From: Callorhinchus milii
Lineage: Eukaryota
Length of the DNA stretch: 64,000 bases
Assembly (NCBI RefSeq): GCF_018977255.1
Contig: NW_024704743.1
Span: 48,796,001-48,860,000, forward strand
Direction of reading: 5' to 3'
Part shown: piece by piece, positions 63,751-64,000 of the stretch
Layout of the letters: every line of letters begins with the position of its first letter
How positions within the stretch are numbered: position 1 is the stretch's first letter
Program-made: the position numbers and the translations under genes
Notes under the pieces: model-generated
The model's input: the letters and a program-made list of their open reading frames with translations, nothing else
Told to the model about the DNA's origin: nothing
Database searches by the model: none

Positions 63751-64000
63751 GGAAGGTAGTAGACCTTGTATTCTGGAAAATAGAATGGATCAAATCACCC
63801 AAAGATGATATTTTATCCTAATGTCTCTTGTGATATTGAGACTATCTGTGACATTAAATATGGTATGATGAAAGTACATGAAATTAATTATTTTTCTGCT
63901 TAGGTTCCAACATAAAGCATATAACTCACATGGAACAGTTGGACTGAATGGTCTGTGTCCTCACATACTATCTAAATCTATGTAACCTAGCTGACCTCAG

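Noticed and set aside
1..64000. CRISPR array, prokaryotic operon or endogenous virus
   Set aside because: No regularly spaced repeat-spacer array, no gene-dense ORFs, and no gag/pol/env or viral motifs. The recurring short motifs are retroposon tails.

Overview
Repeat-rich, apparently intergenic or deep-intronic eukaryotic DNA, very likely from a cartilaginous fish. The SINE/LINE complement (tRNA-Deu SINEs with L2-type tails, shark-type CR1 tails, abundant C-rich L2 LINEs) most resembles a chimaera such as elephant shark; this is inferred from remembered consensus sequences, not from a search. No intact protein-coding gene, RNA gene or CRISPR array is recognisable. Every ORF with recognisable homology belongs to a decayed transposon: a Helitron PIF1-helicase C-terminus, a CR1 LINE with its RT core deleted, several L2 LINE copies (one young subfamily), and an old RT fossil resembling invertebrate-type CR1 elements. 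Also present are two tRNA/Deu SINE families, about four LF-SINE-like copies, a dispersed palindromic MITE-like family (7 or more copies, one split by a SINE), a separate ~230-bp fold-back element, one plausible 74-bp coding exon on the minus strand, and enhancer-like unique segments including a near-perfect RFX X-box. I found no clear novel gene system. The most interesting signals concern mobile-element structure and possible regulatory DNA. Repeat boundaries are approximate.
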